Shown in pieces: positions 6,283 to 7,547 of a DNA stretch of 7,547 bases (position 1 is its first letter; each line of letters starts with the position of its first letter). Both the position numbers and the translations under genes were made by a program. This DNA is from a virus (lineage: Duplodnaviria; Heunggongvirae; Uroviricota; Caudoviricetes), in the IMG/VR virus record IMGVR_UViG_2563366903_000007, positions 1 through 7,547 of that record; one strand, given 5' to 3'. The notes under the pieces were generated by a model. The model saw only the letters and a program-made list of their open reading frames with translations, made no database searches and was not told where the DNA came from.

Positions 6283-6962
6283 TCATGACTGTGCTGCAAA
6301 GCTCAGCGCGTCTTCCAGCGCCGTAAACGGATCCACCTCCGGCTTGTCCTCATCCTCGCCCCAGCAGAGCATGGCGTCCTTCAGTGCAACATTCATCCCC
6401 TGTGCCCCAAAAACCGCTTTCACGATCTGTGCATTACGGATATCCCCGCGCTCATCACCCAGCGGGGATACCCTGTCGAACTCCATCCACATCATCGCCT
6501 CGCTCGCACTCAGGCTGTGCTGCAGTTCGGATAAGGTGCGCCCCAGACGGAGCGCAAGTCGCATCAGAAAGCGAATTTCCGGGCGGGCTACTTTTTTCTG
6601 GCCGACTCTGCATCAGCGATCAGTTCCAGTGCCTGACGCAGCAACCGGGCATGTACCGGACCATAGACGGCCAGCACCTGCTCACGGTCGTCCGGAGTGA
6701 ACACCCGCTGCAGATCCGTATCACACAGGACATCGCAGAACAGCGTCACATCCGCTTCCAGGTTACGGCGGGTTTTCGCCACCACCGACAGGGTATCGTC
6801 ATCCTCTCCATCACCATTGAGCACTTCCTGCCACAGATACCAGGCCTCTGCCGAAGGCTCCCGCAGCACCACGCTGACATTACCCCATTCCGGCACCTTC
6901 ACCGTTTTATGACGAAACCCTGACAGTCTGGCCAGCGCCAGCGTTTTCAGATCTTTTGCCAT
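6283..6962 (-). CDS. GT: G-T tail assembly chaperone fusion made by programmed -1 ribosomal frameshift (G frame 6597..6962 joined to the -1 frame 6283..6597)
   Basis: After the slip at AAAAAAG the -1 frame continues VARPEIRFLMRLALRLGRTLSELQHSL... to the stop at 6283..6285, which is exactly the track ORF 6283..6564 extended upstream. The T frame has no ribosome-binding site or sensible independent start. The G/G-T frameshift is conserved in long-tailed phages. Confidence 0.8.
6588..6962 (-). CDS. G: Tail assembly chaperone G (124 aa)
   Basis: Small acidic protein (DGEDDD stretch) directly upstream of the tape measure gene, ending ...LIADAESARKK with a slippery heptamer in its last codons, as expected for the gpG chaperone. 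Confidence 0.9.
   Translation of the reverse strand: MAKDLKTLALARLSGFRHKTVKVPEWGNVSVVLREPSAEAWYLWQEVLNGDGEDDDTLSVVAKTRRNLEADVTLFCDVLCDTDLQRVFTPDDREQVLAVYGPVHARLLRQALELIADAESARKK
6591..6597 (-). other. Slippery heptamer A AAA AAG for the G-T -1 frameshift
   Basis: Minus-strand sequence GCC AGA AAA AAG TAG; the heptamer A-AAA-AAG (complement of 6591..6597) lies in the last two codons of G immediately before its TAG stop. Confidence 0.75.
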
Positions 6963-6967
6963 AAGCC

Positions 6968-7547
6968 TTATCCGCCCGCACCATTAACCGTTACTGTACA
7001 CGCATCAGAGGTAATGCTCTGCGGCTGTTCTGCAGAATCCGTTACCTCGCAGGTATAAGCCCCCTTATCACCTGACTGCGTATTGGCTTTACTGAAAGTG
7101 TCAGTAGTCTGTCCCTCTACCGGCTGACCATCCTTCTTCCAGGCGTGTTTATAAGGCGGCGTTCCCCCGTTGACACTGACTGACATTGTCAGCAGCGCAC
7201 CGGTATTCACGGTAAGTGTCTTATCCAGATTTTTCCCAAACGCCAGCGGTACCACATAGGACACCGGTTTACCCTTCAGACGCAGTGAAAACGTTGCAGC
7301 CACCACGCCGTTGGTACCGGATGACCAGGTGTGCTGACGCACTTCCGCCAGGAACTTAAAGCCCTTACCGGACGGAAACTGCACCTTAAACGCATACACC
7401 GTGTCATTGTCATAGGCATCACGCAGGGCGTTCTGGGCCTGATTCAGATAAAAATTACCCGACATGGAAATCTCGGACGACGCCCCCAGACCGTTGATGT
7501 TCTCCTGCTCTGTGGAGCAGAGCGTGGTCACATCAATATCCTGTTTC
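6968..7547 (-). CDS. V: Major tail (tube) protein V with C-terminal Ig-like domain; 5' end lies beyond the window
   Basis: Position immediately upstream of G. Motif YAFKVQFPSGKGF...GKP resembles the lambda gpV core (YKIRFPNGTVDVFRGW) from memory. The C-terminal ~80 residues (PYKHAWKKDGQPVEG...GAYTCEVTD) look like an Ig-like fold. The frame stays open upstream of the track's GTG at 7529..7531 to the window edge, so the true start is probably outside the window. Confidence 0.82.
   Translation of the reverse strand, partial: KQDIDVTTLCSTEQENINGLGASSEISMSGNFYLNQAQNALRDAYDNDTVYAFKVQFPSGKGFKFLAEVRQHTWSSGTNGVVAATFSLRLKGKPVSYVVPLAFGKNLDKTLTVNTGALLTMSVSVNGGTPPYKHAWKKDGQPVEGQTTDTFSKANTQSGDKGAYTCEVTDSAEQPQSITSDACTVTVNGAGG

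Noticed and set aside
6283-6564. T as an independent 93-aa gene starting at an internal Met
   Set aside because: There is no ribosome-binding site, and the frame stays open upstream as far as the slippery heptamer at the end of G. It is the -1 frame extension of the G-T fusion.
706-6923. Numerous plus-strand ORFs of 65 to 245 aa inside I, K, L, M, H and G (for example 1260..1952, 1871..2608, 5097..5804, 6384..6923)
   Set aside because: All are antisense to minus-strand genes with strong homology and synteny support, and their Ala/Arg/Pro/Ser-rich, low-complexity translations are typical shadow ORFs of roughly 60% GC DNA.
1-7547. CRISPR arrays, tRNA or rRNA genes, transposase or integrase genes, attachment sites, Chi sites
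   Set aside because: No direct repeat arrays, tRNA-like structures or transposase or integrase-like translations were seen on reading both strands. I found no GCTGGTGG octamer on either strand by eye, which is not an exhaustive search.

Overview
This window is the tail-morphogenesis module of a lambda-like siphovirus (probably an enterobacterial prophage), with every gene on the minus strand. In transcription order (high to low coordinate) it reads: major tail protein V (5' end outside the window), chaperone G, the G-T frameshift fusion, tape measure H (1080 aa), M, L, K, I, then host-specificity protein J (only the first 124 codons inside the window). Assignments rest on reading the translations against remembered lambda protein sequences and on conserved synteny; no database search was run. 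The most interesting feature is a roughly 254-bp AT-rich spacer between I and J (375..628), where lambda has only about 60 bp. It carries a near-consensus sigma70 promoter and an intrinsic terminator on the plus strand (candidate ~100-nt small RNA antisense to the tail operon), a 31-codon minus-strand ORF with an AAGGAG ribosome-binding site, and a second terminator on the operon strand just upstream of J. This looks like a moron-type insertion, possibly a cis-antisense RNA/small-protein pair, but it is inference from sequence signals only. Most plus-strand ORFs in the supplied track are antisense shadows of the GC-rich tail genes.
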